Assembly (NCBI GenBank): GCA_965637545.1
Contig: OZ281501.1
Location: 19,034,001 to 19,098,000, forward strand
Length of the DNA: 64,000 nt
Origin: Phallusia mammillata
Lineage: Eukaryota
Direction of reading: 5' to 3'
Shown piece after piece: positions 1 to 12,227 of this stretch. Every line of letters begins with the position of its first letter. Positions within the stretch are counted from its first letter, which is position 1. Made by a program: the position numbers and the translations under genes. The notes under the pieces are model-generated. The model was not told the origin of the DNA and did not search any database. It was given only the letters and a program-made list of their open reading frames with translations.

Positions 1-611
1 TCATCACTGGTTTAATTGCGGCTGTCATGACGACCAAATGAATGCTCGTTATTGACACCAAGCGACATACAAAGTTAAATTTGACCTGCACATTTACTTC
101 TCAATTTTTTATGAAATCCTTTCTTACTTATCATAATTTTGAAATTCGGTGGTACACAAAATGAAAGTAAAAATGTAGAGAGCATACAAATACAATATGA
201 TGTGCGCTTTGTAATCAGTGTTTGGGTTGTGTTTCATCAGTCTGCATTTAGGTGAACCAGTTATTATGTTTAGGGTTTTACGGCATAACCAGGCTTAAGA
301 CGTATAACGTATGTAATGCTTTTCCACAATAATGCTTTTCAAATCCCACAAAAAAACGAATCGACCCTGCGTTTTACAAAAGTCAAATCGATTTTAATAC
401 CATCACAATTCATGATGAAGCGGTGTATATTATTAACGTCGTATTTTTTTACAGACTTTTTTTCGTCTGAATAACATTACTTCAATCTTTGCCTGTTACA
501 CAACCCTTACAACGAGCACAAATTAACCAAAGAATTTGTTTTTAATATAACCTGACGTAAGACAGGTTTCAATGATCTCTTATTTTCAACTATTGGCTAT
601 TGTCAAAAGTC

Positions 612-680
612 ACTGCGCGGCCGAATGGATAGAGGCTCCGTTCCATGCTCCAAAGGGCGCGTGTTCAAATCCCCCAAATC
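612..680 (+). repeat. tRNA-derived (SINE-like) repeat; copies at ~37718 and ~59226
   Basis: A-box-like GGCCGAATGGATAGAGGC and B box GTTCAAATCCC. Confidence 0.45.
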
Positions 681-959
681 CGAAAATTTCAGAGGTTTTT
701 TTAAAACACAAAAAGTAACAACATTTTAAAAGTTAATAATCGCTTAATGCATGATAAGTTAATGAATAATAACGTCTCAATGTTTTTTTAATTTCATGTT
801 GGTTTTTGCGTCTGAATAAAGTTGCTTCAATCTTGTCCATGTAAAGCTCTTACAAACAAGCAAAGTTTTATGTTTAGAGTCTTAGTGACATAATCAGTCT
901 TGGTCTCTTTAATTTGCAAACTTGCTGCAAACAGGCACGCTCTACTTGTTTCTTTCCGG

Positions 960-1147
960 AGGAGGTGATTGGTTGGCCAGAACACGTGACTGCTTGATTG
1001 AGCAAACGAGAACTCCGCAGGCAGCTGAATTGGGGATTCCGAAGCTGACTTGCAGGGGCGCCAAGGTTAATATAAAAGCAAAGAGCTGATTCCACGCGCT
1101 TTTAAACACGTTTTCCTGGGAGCGGATGATAGAAGCTGCACGTAAGT
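960..1147 (+). promoter_or_regulatory. Pol II promoter plus first exon of an unidentified unit (copies with TATA at 6550, 17921, 38165, 63784)
   Basis: ATTGG (CCAAT), CACGTG E-box, GGGGATTCC and TATAAAAG at 1071, then ATGATAGAAGCTGCA(C/G)/GTAAGT donor; conserved in five copies. Confidence 0.55.
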
Positions 1148-1485
1148 TATGTTTGAATAAATAAGAAATGTGGTGTTAGATGTTATAATACTTAAACGCC
1201 ATAGTATATTCACATACACGTTGTAACATAGGGTATTTACGGTATTGTTTTAATGTATAAGTTTAAATACCAAACAATTTAGTGATTACGCATATAGTGG
1301 TGTGTTTTAATCTCTGAACTGTATAATCTAATCATGTACACGCGGTAACAAAGTATATCCGACATATTTTGTTAAATAAATAGGTTAGCAGCCGAATTAA
1401 CTAATTACTGCATAGTTATTGAACTCAAACGTGTGGTGGCCTGTTCCATCAAGAAACATGCATCTTATCCTATGCGCGTTATAAC

Positions 1486-1966
1486 TAGTGATGTACCGAA
1501 TCGGCGAAATTTCGATTCGGCCGAAACCGAATATTCGGTGGTTTTGCCGAATAAATTCGGCCGAATCAACCGAATCTTTTATGATGTCACACGAAGTCGT
1601 ATCCTACGCATTTGACATGAAAACATAAGTTTTTCTAACTGGCAATTAGTGCAGAATGGCAGTGTTTCGTCCTAAATGTAGTTCTGTGGGGTTTAACATT
1701 GCCTCAAGCATGATTTCCAACCCGACAATAAATTACTGATTTTTTGCCTGCAATGGCAAAAACGATACTGTGTTAAAAATATAATAATTGAGGCAATTTT
1801 CGTTGGTAATAAGCAGAAAAGACACGTTTACCGCTTTAAATGTGGGTTCGTAAAAGATTCGGTTTCGGCCGAATCGCAACAAATTATTCGGCCGAAACCG
1901 AATCTTTGAAAAAGTGGCCGACTCGGCCGAATAAATTCGGCAAACCGAAAATTCCGTACATCTCTA
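1486..1966. mobile_element. hAT-family MITE
   Basis: TIR TAGTGATGTACCGAA / TTCCGTACATCTCTA; 8-bp TSD GTTATAAC; subterminal CCGAA repeats; empty site at ~6955. Confidence 0.9.
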
Positions 1967-2270
1967 GTTATAACGTAAGGTATATATTAGGTATAGTTTG
2001 AATATATAAGGTTAAACCCGAATAAATGACTGATAAGGGCATATAGTTGTGCGAGTTATCAAACGTAACGTGTAGTAAACTGTCGCTCTTACAAACTGTA
2101 TTGACAGTGTAGTTGGTTAAGGAACGAACAGCTAGCTTCCTAGTTAGCTTATCAGAGCGGTTGGTAGCAATCCTTGTATGCTTTGTGGAACAACTGCTTT
2201 TGCCTTAGGTTAATTGGTTTCTGTGTTTTATGCCTTTCGAAACTGCCGACGTGAAGCAACCTACCTAAGC

Positions 2271-4424
2271 TACCTAAGCTTGTTTATCTCTTGACAATCA
2301 TTGGTGCGTCATATTGTCATGACAACCACCACCAAAAGTATTTGGTTTGTCGGCCGCTTGACAGTTTGTTTGAGCAACAACCTTCAAGTTCTTTGAATCA
2401 GTCAACACTAAGAGGTCCTCCAGGTCGGCCAGGTGAACGCGGACCTCCTGGCGATAAAGGTGAGGAAGGTCAACCTGGGGGCCCAGGAATGCAAGGGGTC
2501 AAAGGTGGAAGAGGTGAACGTGGTTTACAGGGACAAGAAGGACCACCCGGGCCAGTTGGACCCCAACCATTGGTGAATTGGACCCGAATCGACAATCGTA
2601 TACATGAAATAATTAATGGTAAGACTTTCAGCTATAGTTTTCTGTTATTGATAACATAATAAATTAAATTATAGTCAGTATTCTGATTATGGAATGGACA
2701 ATGTATTTCCAAAACTGTATAATGCCAATACATTTAATATCTGCTACTGTAATTGCACTATAATTGGTTGTGAAAAAGCTTTCAAATGATGCGTTAAATA
2801 GAAAGTAACAGAGTATGCAATAACTCTGTTTTATTGTCACTGGTGAGTTTTCCAGAAATACACGGTGGCAGAATTACAACTTTGACGTCACGCATGTAGT
2901 GGGTAAATCCCAACACAAGGGACAAACTTTCTACAGGAGCTGGTTAACTTGTTGTTTTCCTCGCAAACATCATTGTTTCTTACGTACAATCAATCCTTAC
3001 ATTAAGCTTCTCAAGGCGGGTTCTTAACTGTGTGTATGTAGCTCGATTTGTAGAGCGCCAGTCCTGAAAAGACTCCTGTCGTGGGTTCTTACCGGGCTGT
3101 TTCGGTATGACACCTACAGTAGGCCTGGCGTAATATAATATCTATAAGAGTGTGCCGTTATCGCTGGTCTGCATCGACGCTTCAGGGATGATCCCAGCTA
3201 TTCTTCTAAGTCTTAAACTGATTATACTAGTCAATCAGGTCATTCCCTGACTACGAAGCTAAAATGTGCAGCATACGAGGCAGGCAACGGTGCCTGTGAT
3301 TCGACTTTTCTCGGATTCTCCACTAAGGCTTAGTTGATAGAGTGCGAGTCCCGAAAAGACACCTGTCGTTGGTTCCAACCCACCGCTTGCTGGATTTTTC
3401 TTTTTTCAACAGCCGTCCAAAAATTAGGCGTAAAATCTATGTTCTGTCTTTTAGTGTCTAGTACCCTATTCTGCAGTAGTTTTCACAATTCCTTTTACAT
3501 AATCGTATTGTGCGAGACAATCAAAAAGCATTCACTGACAAACAATTACATATTTGACGTCTTGAACACTTGACAGTTGAAGCTAGTAACCATTTTCTAG
3601 CGTTTGGCGTAATATCGTTTAAATGAACTTGCTCTAAAAGTCGAATTACCTCAAGTTTAGCGCAATTGCAACAACATTGACACAAAAGACAAATAAATTC
3701 GCCACTCCAACAAAATCATTATTTGTAAAGGTGAAATTTCTTTCTATTGGCAGAACAAAGAATATGTACGGGAGTCGTGTACAGAGATCATTGCTACTGG
3801 CTACCACGGATTGTTGCAGCATACTATGGTAACGGTGGAAAGTCGGCAGCTGCGAATGTTTGTAGTTCTAACGGAGCCACATTGGTTGACATAGAGACTG
3901 AAGAAATGTACGAAGTACTTTACAAATACATACAGAAAGCTTGGCAGATGTACGTTGATCTACCGACACTCGAGTTTGTTGAAGTGTGGTTGGCATCAAG
4001 TTACACGGTGAGTGTTTCATTTCACAAGCGGCAATTTATTGTGAATGGAACTAAGTTAACAAAACAAACGAAATAAATTTAAATTAATAAAATACGTAAC
4101 AGCCGAGTGAATGCGATAATTGTTTAACTTTGATAATCGTTTAATTAGATTTTTAGTAGAAACAAATTATTTGAGAATCCTGTCGCAAATAAATAGATTA
4201 GCTGGTTTCATGTTGTGGCCAATCAACGTTGATTTGTTTAGAATGGAAATGCTGTGAGCTCCACAGTTGGGAGTGTTTACACGCGATGGTATAGCGGCAA
4301 CTATCCTAACAACAACCCCGGTATTACATGGTTTGTGGGTCAACCTACACGATCTGCGTCAAACACCGGGATGCAGACAACTAACGAGAGTGATACACAA
4401 CCTCTGCCGTTCTGTCGCCTGTAA
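2271..4424 (+). pseudogene. Collectin-like paralog 1, 5'-truncated with no ATG; exons ~2271-2618, 3754-4007, 4242-4424; long collagen (17 Gly-X-Y)
   Basis: Same exon structure and GT-AG sites as paralogs 2-5. The ATG and promoter are replaced by unrelated repeat-unit sequence at ~2261, with an in-frame TGA at 2252-2254 and no ATG before the signal-peptide remnant. Exons 2-3 are open and end ...PFCRL*. Confidence 0.75.
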
Positions 4425-5439
4425 ATTCACTTTCAAATTGTTTTGTAGAAACAATAATATATTTACACGTCATTGATTAAAACTAAAGACTTTGTTAAAA
4501 TTAATCCAAATTAAATGATCGCACCGACAAATATCGCAATACCGTTGCTTTTTCCCGTTTTTTTTGGTAAACTAACCCAAATGATACAGGTATAACTTTG
4601 TCACAAACGCTATATTGTTAAATTTTGAGAAAACTCCTTTGTTGAAAATGTATTGAAACCTGCGCTGTGTCGGGTTTGGCGCTGGATTGGAAAAATATCG
4701 AGTTTGGGATGTGAGTAGAAATAGTAGAGTAACGACCAACTTCTATCTAAATGACAATTCACATTTATTTTGTTGTTGTTTGTTTAATTTTTTCCACAGC
4801 GCGTTGTACAAAACTTGTTGTTATTTCATGGTTAAGTAATAAATTCACTTGGGTGTTGCAAATATGTGTTTTATGCGGTTTAAAGTAAAACCAGTAGGAG
4901 ATTGTGTTTGACAGCCGCAAGAGCATGAAGGCCAACATCTTATGTTGAATGTGCACAAAAAGCAGATCAAAGTTTCAATTCTACATTAAATGCTGCGTCT
5001 GATTTTATCATTAAAAATATCTTACGTCTTAAGCATTGTTATACGTTGAAAATAGGTTTAAAATAATTAAATCACAAACAAAAATTTTGAACATTTTATT
5101 TACACTCGAAGTCATTTAACGACCCCTAACGGCTCCACGTTTGTTAACTTCTAATTAAACATTGCTAGAATCTCTTTTGACAAATCACCAAATATGTTAT
5201 AAATACCCTTAGGTGTGTAATAAGCAAGTACAGAATGACGTCATAAACCAAGTAGACGCTGCAGACGAGAATGACGTCATTAGTCGAGTAAGCAAGCGAA
5301 CGACAAGCATCTTCGTACAAAGGCAAAAGGAACCAAAATGTACTAATTTACGTAGGCCTAGCTTTTTTCTTGCATTTCATTGCTGTATTTTACTTTATTT
5401 GTCTGTTTTTTTATCGTTTGAAACGATTTTTTTCATTTT

Positions 5440-6340
5440 TTAGAAGCCTACGGTGCCACCTAGTGTCCAACGAACGACCCCTTTCATCGCGGAACTTCCC
5501 CATCACGTCATAACCGTCGCCATCGCAACTCCCTACGTCATACTGACGAAAACCACTTGACGTCACCGAAAATCTCATTGAGCATTTATCTCCACGTTTT
5601 AGATTTACGTCACTGTGACGACACAAACATGACGTCATGGTCCGTTTGGTCATCGGCCACAGGGGACGTCATGCAAGGATCTGTTTCTCCTACGTCGCAG
5701 TGACGCAAATTACTGACGTCACGTTCACAGTGGCAACCGATGGCAAAACTGTGATTGGTAAACTGGAGATTTTTTTTTCTGAACAGTGCGAGATGTTATC
5801 GCTCACACAAGAACTCACAAATACAGCGGGTTGTTCATTCCACGTTTATGGGGTTATGTCTGTATATGCGACAGGCGCGTCGGACCATTTGGACAGTATA
5901 GGTGTATCTGCTTCCACCAAGTGCTAAATTAATACAGTTTAATTTACACGCACAGTGGCGCTACAGCATTGCTTCTTGCACTGCTGGTCAGACTCGTCCT
6001 TTGGAGATATTTTTTGGAATAATCTACTATTAAACTGTTTTTGACACAAAGTAACCGACGTTTTAACATTCCAAATTAATGTAATGCGCCAGGCGCCAAT
6101 ATTCTATAAAATATTGATGAAAAGTTTTTCTTATTTTTCTGTGACAAACAATGTTCAAAAATTACTCCAGAGGTTGTCTTTTTGTGGTTTTCTGTGTAAT
6201 TTCTTATTTTATGCGTATTGTGTTAGGCGGAATAATTTCAATATTACTGAGGTCATCACTGGCTTAATTGTGGCTGTCATGACGACCAAATGAATGCTCG
6301 TTATTGACACCAAGTGACATATAAAGTTAAATTTGACCTG
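5440..6340 (-). pseudogene. Decayed spliced gene with cystine-knot / TGF-beta-like Cys spacing (copy A)
   Basis: Frameshifted translation RILAPG..C....C..KQCCSAT..KWSDAPVAYTD...PAVF/FTNHSFAIGCHC. Clean 56-nt GT-AG intron at 5763-5818. Paralogs at 36510-37170 and 1-90. Confidence 0.35.
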
Positions 6341-7772
6341 CACATTAACTTCTCCGCAATCTTTACCAAATCATTTCTTAACCTGACATAAGACAGGTTT
6401 CATTGATCTCTTATTTTCAACTACTTGTTTCTTTCCGGAGGAGGTGATTGGTTGGCCAGAACACGCGGCTGCTTGATTGAGCGAACGAGAACTCCGCAGG
6501 CAGCTGAATTGGGGATTCCGAAGCTGACTTGCAGGGGCGCCAAGGTTAATATAAAAGCAAAGAGCTGATTCCACGCGCTTTTAAACACGTTTTCCTGGGA
6601 GCGGATGATAGAAGCTGCACGTAAGTTTGGGTTAAATAAATAAGATATGTGGTGTTAAATGTTATAATACTTAAACGCCATAGTATATTCACATACACGT
6701 TGTAACATAGGGTATTTACGGTATTGTTTTAATGTATAAGTTTAAATACCAAACAATTCAGTGATTACACATTATGGTGGTGTGTTTTAATCTCTGAACT
6801 GTATAATCTAATCATGTACACCTGGTAACTAAGTATATTCGACATAGTTTATTAAATAATTAGGTTGGCAACCGAATTAACTAATTACTGCAGAGTTATT
6901 GATCTCAAACGTGTGGCCTGTTTCATCGAGAAACATTTATCTTATCATATGCGCGTTATAACGTAAGGTATATTAAGTACAGTTTGGATATATAAGGTTA
7001 GAACCGAATAAATTACTGATTATCGCATATAGTTTTGCGAGTTATCAAACGTAACGTGTAGTAAACTGTCGCTTTTACAAACTGTATTGACAGTGTAGTT
7101 GGTTTAGGAATGAATAGCTAGCTTCCCAGTTAGCTTATCAGAGCGGTTGGTAGCAATCCTTGTATGCTTTGGGAAACAAATGTTTTTGCCTAAGGTTAAT
7201 TGGTTTCTGTGTTTTATGCCTTTCGAAACTGCCGACGTGAAGCAACCGTCTTTAACTGAATGCTCGAGTGATACTGTTTGTAGTTGTGCGTTTCGTCTTC
7301 CCACTGTTAAAGTTAATTTCTCTTAAAAGCAGAACTACGCTCGTTTTCAAAATATTAAGATCAGGTCACACTCGTTTATGAATTAGTATACGCCAGGTTT
7401 ATATGAGGCTTCATACCGAATTAGATGCTTGGGAGACCGGCTTTACTCGGTATAACGCCTCTATATGCCTGGCGTAATCTATTTCTATTACAGAGTAACA
7501 ATTTATTTTGTCACTATAACTAGAGAAATCTATTGATAATAATCGTAATGCAAGTTTGTAGGGCATATGCACAATTTATTTGGTTACTTTATATATCTTA
7601 AATTTTGATGTCTACTTTACACTAATTGCAACTTACATATTTTGCAGCTGTTTCGTCACAATGTCGTGATTTATGACGATGGCACTGTATGACGTCATAG
7701 TGACAAAACCGGTTTGTTAACCGGACAAAACCGGTTTTCTGCTCGGGACGATTTTAAAGCACTTAGGGACTT

Positions 7773-7947
7773 ACCCAGAACCTTGTTTTGTTTTTACTAT
7801 TTTTTGTTTACTTTTTTTCTCTCCTCTTTTATTCCTCTTTTATTCTTTTTTATTCTGAACTTGTTTTTTTCGCCGCACTATATAATATCGAGGGTGTGCA
7901 CGGCCCTTTATATTATTTTTGCGGATTTTTGAAACCAGGTTCTGGGT
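7773..7947. repeat. Nested inverted-repeat (cruciform / MITE-like) element; copies at 10006-10166, 19110-19276, 22200-22360, 39378-39544, 42398-42556
   Basis: Outer IR ACCC(A/G)GAACCTTGTTT; inner IR CCGCA..TATAATAT; central GTGCAC. Confidence 0.7.
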
Positions 7948-10270
7948 TACTTACTACGCGCATAAACGGCCCCTTTACTTAATTTATAAATGTTTAATCT
8001 TAAAGCGAATAACGGCATTTAATTGTTTAACTCTGAAACCGGTTTTGACACACTAAATGAGAACCTTGCAACCATCCAACGGACCTGAACGGAACTGAAG
8101 CCCCAGTGGTCAGTGAAGGGCAGCTTGTTTTCCCTTTGTCGCATGCGGGCGCATAATGCATTGTGACGAACCTTGTAGTAAAGACGTCCATTTAGGACAA
8201 TTGTGTAGGCTTTGTTTAAGTCTACAGCGGTGGGTCCTGGCCCGCGAGGCAATTTTTCATGACACGCCAAACGGTTTGTGCGTTCATATTAGCGTGCGTA
8301 TATTTATTAGCTACATTAGAGTTTTATGAAATAAATAACGTTCCATGTATGATACTTGGAAATTTGTAAGAATTGTTAATTTGTCTGCAGCTGAGTGGAG
8401 ACGACGGGATAAGGAAGCGACGATGATCAGATCCGTATATCCGGACCAAAGGTGTTGACTGGAGTTGATCAATCAACAAATCAGCAAGCACCAGGAGGAG
8501 GTTAAAATGTTTGTTTTGTCGCTTGAGTGACGTAACCATTAGTGACGTCATGTTGGTAACGTCATTCATCCCCTTTAAGTTCTTATTTAAAGTATCTTAT
8601 TCCATTTTGAACATGCTTATTACCGCATAGGTTAAATATATGTTTGTGTGCCTGTATTAATTAAGCGGTGAATGATTCCAAATAAGTTTTCAGTCTGTAA
8701 TGATACGCTACTGTTGTCTCCATCTCTCGTACTGAGTCTCTGGTGACTCGTGATTATACAATAAACAACACAGTTTAGGAGGGTAATAGGGTTACTATAA
8801 AAATTTTTGCGAGAAAATGAGGGTTTTTTGGTGAAATAAATTTCCACGTTTGTTGCACATTGCTATTGTTTAAACGTTGTTTGTCTGCAGCTGAGTGAGA
8901 CGACAGGATGGTCCATCGGTCGGATGGTCCATCGGTACACCACATTTACTTGGATTACGCAAGAAACAACTCAATCTCTCCATCGAACAAGAAACTTAAA
9001 TTCCGATAAGTCAGGTTTCGAGTCTGTCGTGTAATTCACCAAAGTCGTTCAAACAAAATCATTTCAATGTAACTCCATACTTTTAATATAATTTCATGAC
9101 TTGATAGTAGTTTTTACTTTATGGACCCTATTGTAGATTTTTTACTGTTTTTTATAAATTTTTTATGTGCATCTCCCGTAATCGGGTTTTGCTTTCATAA
9201 CTTGGACGACATAAAATGCACGACAAACTCTTTGCATGTGTTTGGTCTAGCTGTTTGTTTTTAATGTGTTTACGCTAAATGTGTTAGGTTAATTGGGAAC
9301 TTAAAAGGGGGTCCACGATGGCGGTTTTACTTGGTTGGTTTACAAAACCTCTACATTAGCCCCCATTCACAAATAACAAGTTTAAGCTAACTAGGTAATT
9401 TGTCATGGAACCTAATTGTTCATAAGTTAACTCCCATGTTTATAAGTAGTGTTAATTTTAACGGTATAATGATTCATTACTGCTAAGGTCACTTCCATAC
9501 CCTTGTTAAAAATTAGTTTCAAAACTAAATACTGTCGTTAAAAGTGTTATTAAATCACAGTTGGTCTTTCAAACTTCTGATCTGAATTACACAGTATTTT
9601 ATAACCCATAGTTTTTGCTCCCTTCTATCGCGTTCATGCCCAACTGCATTCGTTGACTTTACGCCTTCGTACTTAACCACGGTTTTAAACCAGGACTATA
9701 TCCTAAACTGAAATACAATACAATACAAACTTAAATTTTTAACCATCTAATCTAATCTTAGTTTAGTTTTTGAATGTATGTAATTACTTTACTAATCGCC
9801 ATTACTATTCCTAGATCCCAATATGCACAACTGCAGCGTTAAAAGGTTACGACCGAGCATTGATCAGCTAAATTGTGTCAAATACTCGATCTATTAGATT
9901 TGTTTTAATTGCGTTTAAACAACCATTTGTCCAAGGTACTTGATCCACCAGTTTTTGAGCTTTTAAACCGAATATCATGGGTAATAATGATAAAGTTAAT
10001 GGGATACCCGGAACCTTGTTTCATAATCTATTTTTATTTACTTTTACTTCACTTCTCTTTTATTCTTTACATTCCTTGCATTTTTATTTTGCCGCATTAT
10101 ATAATATGGGCGATTCGTGCACTGTCTCCCATATTATTTTTGCGGATTTTAAACAAGGTTCCGGGGTTATTTTTGCGCATAAACTGTAATATAAACTTCG
10201 ATAAAAACGTAATTACGCCTTTACCGCATCTTCGCATAGTTTATTTTTTCTGGTGGATCAAATATTCTAT

Positions 10271-10459
10271 CCCCTAACACGTTACGTCATAGTAGGGTAA
10301 TTCCCATGAGCGCGCCCCCCTCTACTAACAAGTTACGTCATATTAGGGAAATTCCCAAAAGCGCGTCCCCCTCCCCCTAACGTGATACCTCATAGTAGGG
10401 GATTTCCCTAAAGCACATTTTCCTCCCCTAACACTTTACGTCAAAGTAGGGGAGTTCCT
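10271..10459. promoter_or_regulatory. Tandem array (4 x ~51 bp) of CRE/ATF-like TTACGTCA plus NF-kB-like GGGRNWTYCC sites
   Basis: kB-like sites at 10295, 10346, 10398 and 10449; TTACGTCA at 10282, 10333 and 10436. Confidence 0.6.
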
Positions 10460-11737
10460 GTTTGCTCAAGAAAACACAAGTTGGCGCTGTATTAATTTTT
10501 CAACTTATTTCCTTTTCAGTGAGGTTTTGTATTCTACCTGGTAAACCGCATTAGTTAAGCGTGTGTGTGTTGTGAGGGTTTTAATACTTAATGTGTAATT
10601 GGTAATATATGTTTAAATATGTTTTTATTTGTAAATAGTTTTGTTAACACTAATGTACATGTTGAAATATATTTGTTTTTTTGGGGGGTTTTGATAACAG
10701 CATAGGTATGTTTGTGTGTGTGTATGTTTGTGTTACTGTTTTTACTAGGAGTTTATCCCCGTTTGTATAGGCTTAATTGTTTGTAGCTGTAGTGTTTGTT
10801 TATATATATATACCTGTTTCGGTAACAGATATATGTGTCTATATCTGTTACTGATTTACACTGACAGATATATATTTATAAATGTGTGTTTATGATGTTT
10901 TTGTGTATTTTTATTTTTGTTAACGCTGTTAAATTTACTTTACCATGTTTTCAGCTTGCGCCTTTCGTGCGCCAGTCTGTTTTCCTCGTTTCTGTTGTAG
11001 TTCTGCACCGAACGAGGGTTTCTCTACTACCTTAGACGAAACCCATTGCGTGGGTTGACACCTTGACGTGGTGCAATGGCTTTTAAACCAAGATCAACCC
11101 GCAGAATCCAGTGTTTACCCCAGTTTTTTATCCAAATGTTTATGTTGTAAAAAACGATGAACTGATCTTATCTCTTGCGTGTTTAGGCTCCTCGGTAATA
11201 AACAATTATTTTTTTCATTCCTTCACACACCTTAGATGCGAAATTCGATTCAGCGTTGCATAATGAACAAAGACTTTCTTGAAAAAAAGTACTTCTTCCT
11301 GTCTTGGTTTAATTTATTTCTGCTTTATTTTTTACTGGAGTTTTTTGTATCGAAATAAAATTACACAAACGACGGTAAAAAACAATAAAATAAACTTTCA
11401 TAGTACGCCAGGCCCATTGAAGGCGTAATTACGAATCAAGCCAGTCACCAAACATTCCCATACGGCATAATATCTGAAGTCAACTTTGTTTTAGTTTAAA
11501 GCCTGATTCGAACCATTGGTGACCAACTAAATCTCCTTGTATGTGGTTAAACATACTTTCGTTGCAGATATCATAATTTAAAACCTCAATAGTGCTGGTG
11601 GAAGCTAGAGCAATTTCCAAATGTGCCACAAAGTTAACTGCGCCAGATATCTGCACATTAGCCTAAAAAAAAACCAAAACACTTTTCGTAACCAATAGTG
11701 AATACGTTTGTTATAAAATCCCCGGTTTCTTAGAGAG

Positions 11738-12036
11738 CAGGGGTCGGCAACCCCTGGCACGCGTGCCAAGGTTGGCATACGAGGTGGTTTTCAACCGATT
11801 TGCGTGTTTATATTAAAGTAACAATTTAACCTGTTACACGACTTGTTTATAGTTTTTGTCTTATCATTGAAATAAAATCAAGCCTTACATGCACAAAACA
11901 CTCTGCTTTCTCTTTATTATTGATATCTGCTGGCACGAACCACTATTATTTAGAAAAACTTTGGCACGCGAGGTTATTAACACATGGAAATAACAAGTAA
12001 ATTGGCACGCGTCGCCTAAAAGGTTGCCGATCCCTG
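11738..12036. mobile_element. hAT (Charlie-like) MITE
   Basis: CAGGGGTCGGCAAC...GTTGCCGATCCCTG; TSD TTAGAGAG/TTATAGAG; empty site at ~46617. Confidence 0.85.
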
Positions 12037-12227
12037 TTATAGAGAGACGTTTTTTAGTTTCGTTATTCGTATTTTGTTAGTTTATGGAGACGACAAGAAA
12101 ACGCTTTTACCGGGCGGTCGTCACATGTGGAGGCAGGTAGGGGCCTCTACAACTTGGAAATAAATGAAAATCACAAGATTTTCATTGGGCTTCGAAAAAA
12201 TACTTAAAAAACATTTTGCTCACTTAC

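Noticed and set aside
874-1095. Repeated minus-strand ORF MESALCFYINLG... (also 6371, 63437)
   Set aside because: Antisense to the duplicated TATA promoter, GTG start and variable C-termini; conservation reflects recent duplication, not coding.
4267-4476. ORF-track proteins MGVFTRDGIAAT... (also 28782, 34894, 50395)
   Set aside because: Wrong frame of collectin exon 3 with non-ATG starts; the spliced frame (NGNAVSS...PFCRL*) completes the CTLD.
5230-5725. Dense TGACGTCA/ACGTCA cluster as a dedicated CRE enhancer
   Set aside because: The word is generally frequent in this DNA and here largely overlaps a decayed minus-strand exon; no regular spacing.
7220-7305. Possible hammerhead ribozyme (GAAAC / GTTTCGTC motifs)
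   Set aside because: No CUGANGA core in the required position on either strand.
10271-10459. Regular ~51-bp repeats as a CRISPR array
   Set aside because: Eukaryotic context, no unique spacers and no cas genes; it is a simple tandem repeat.
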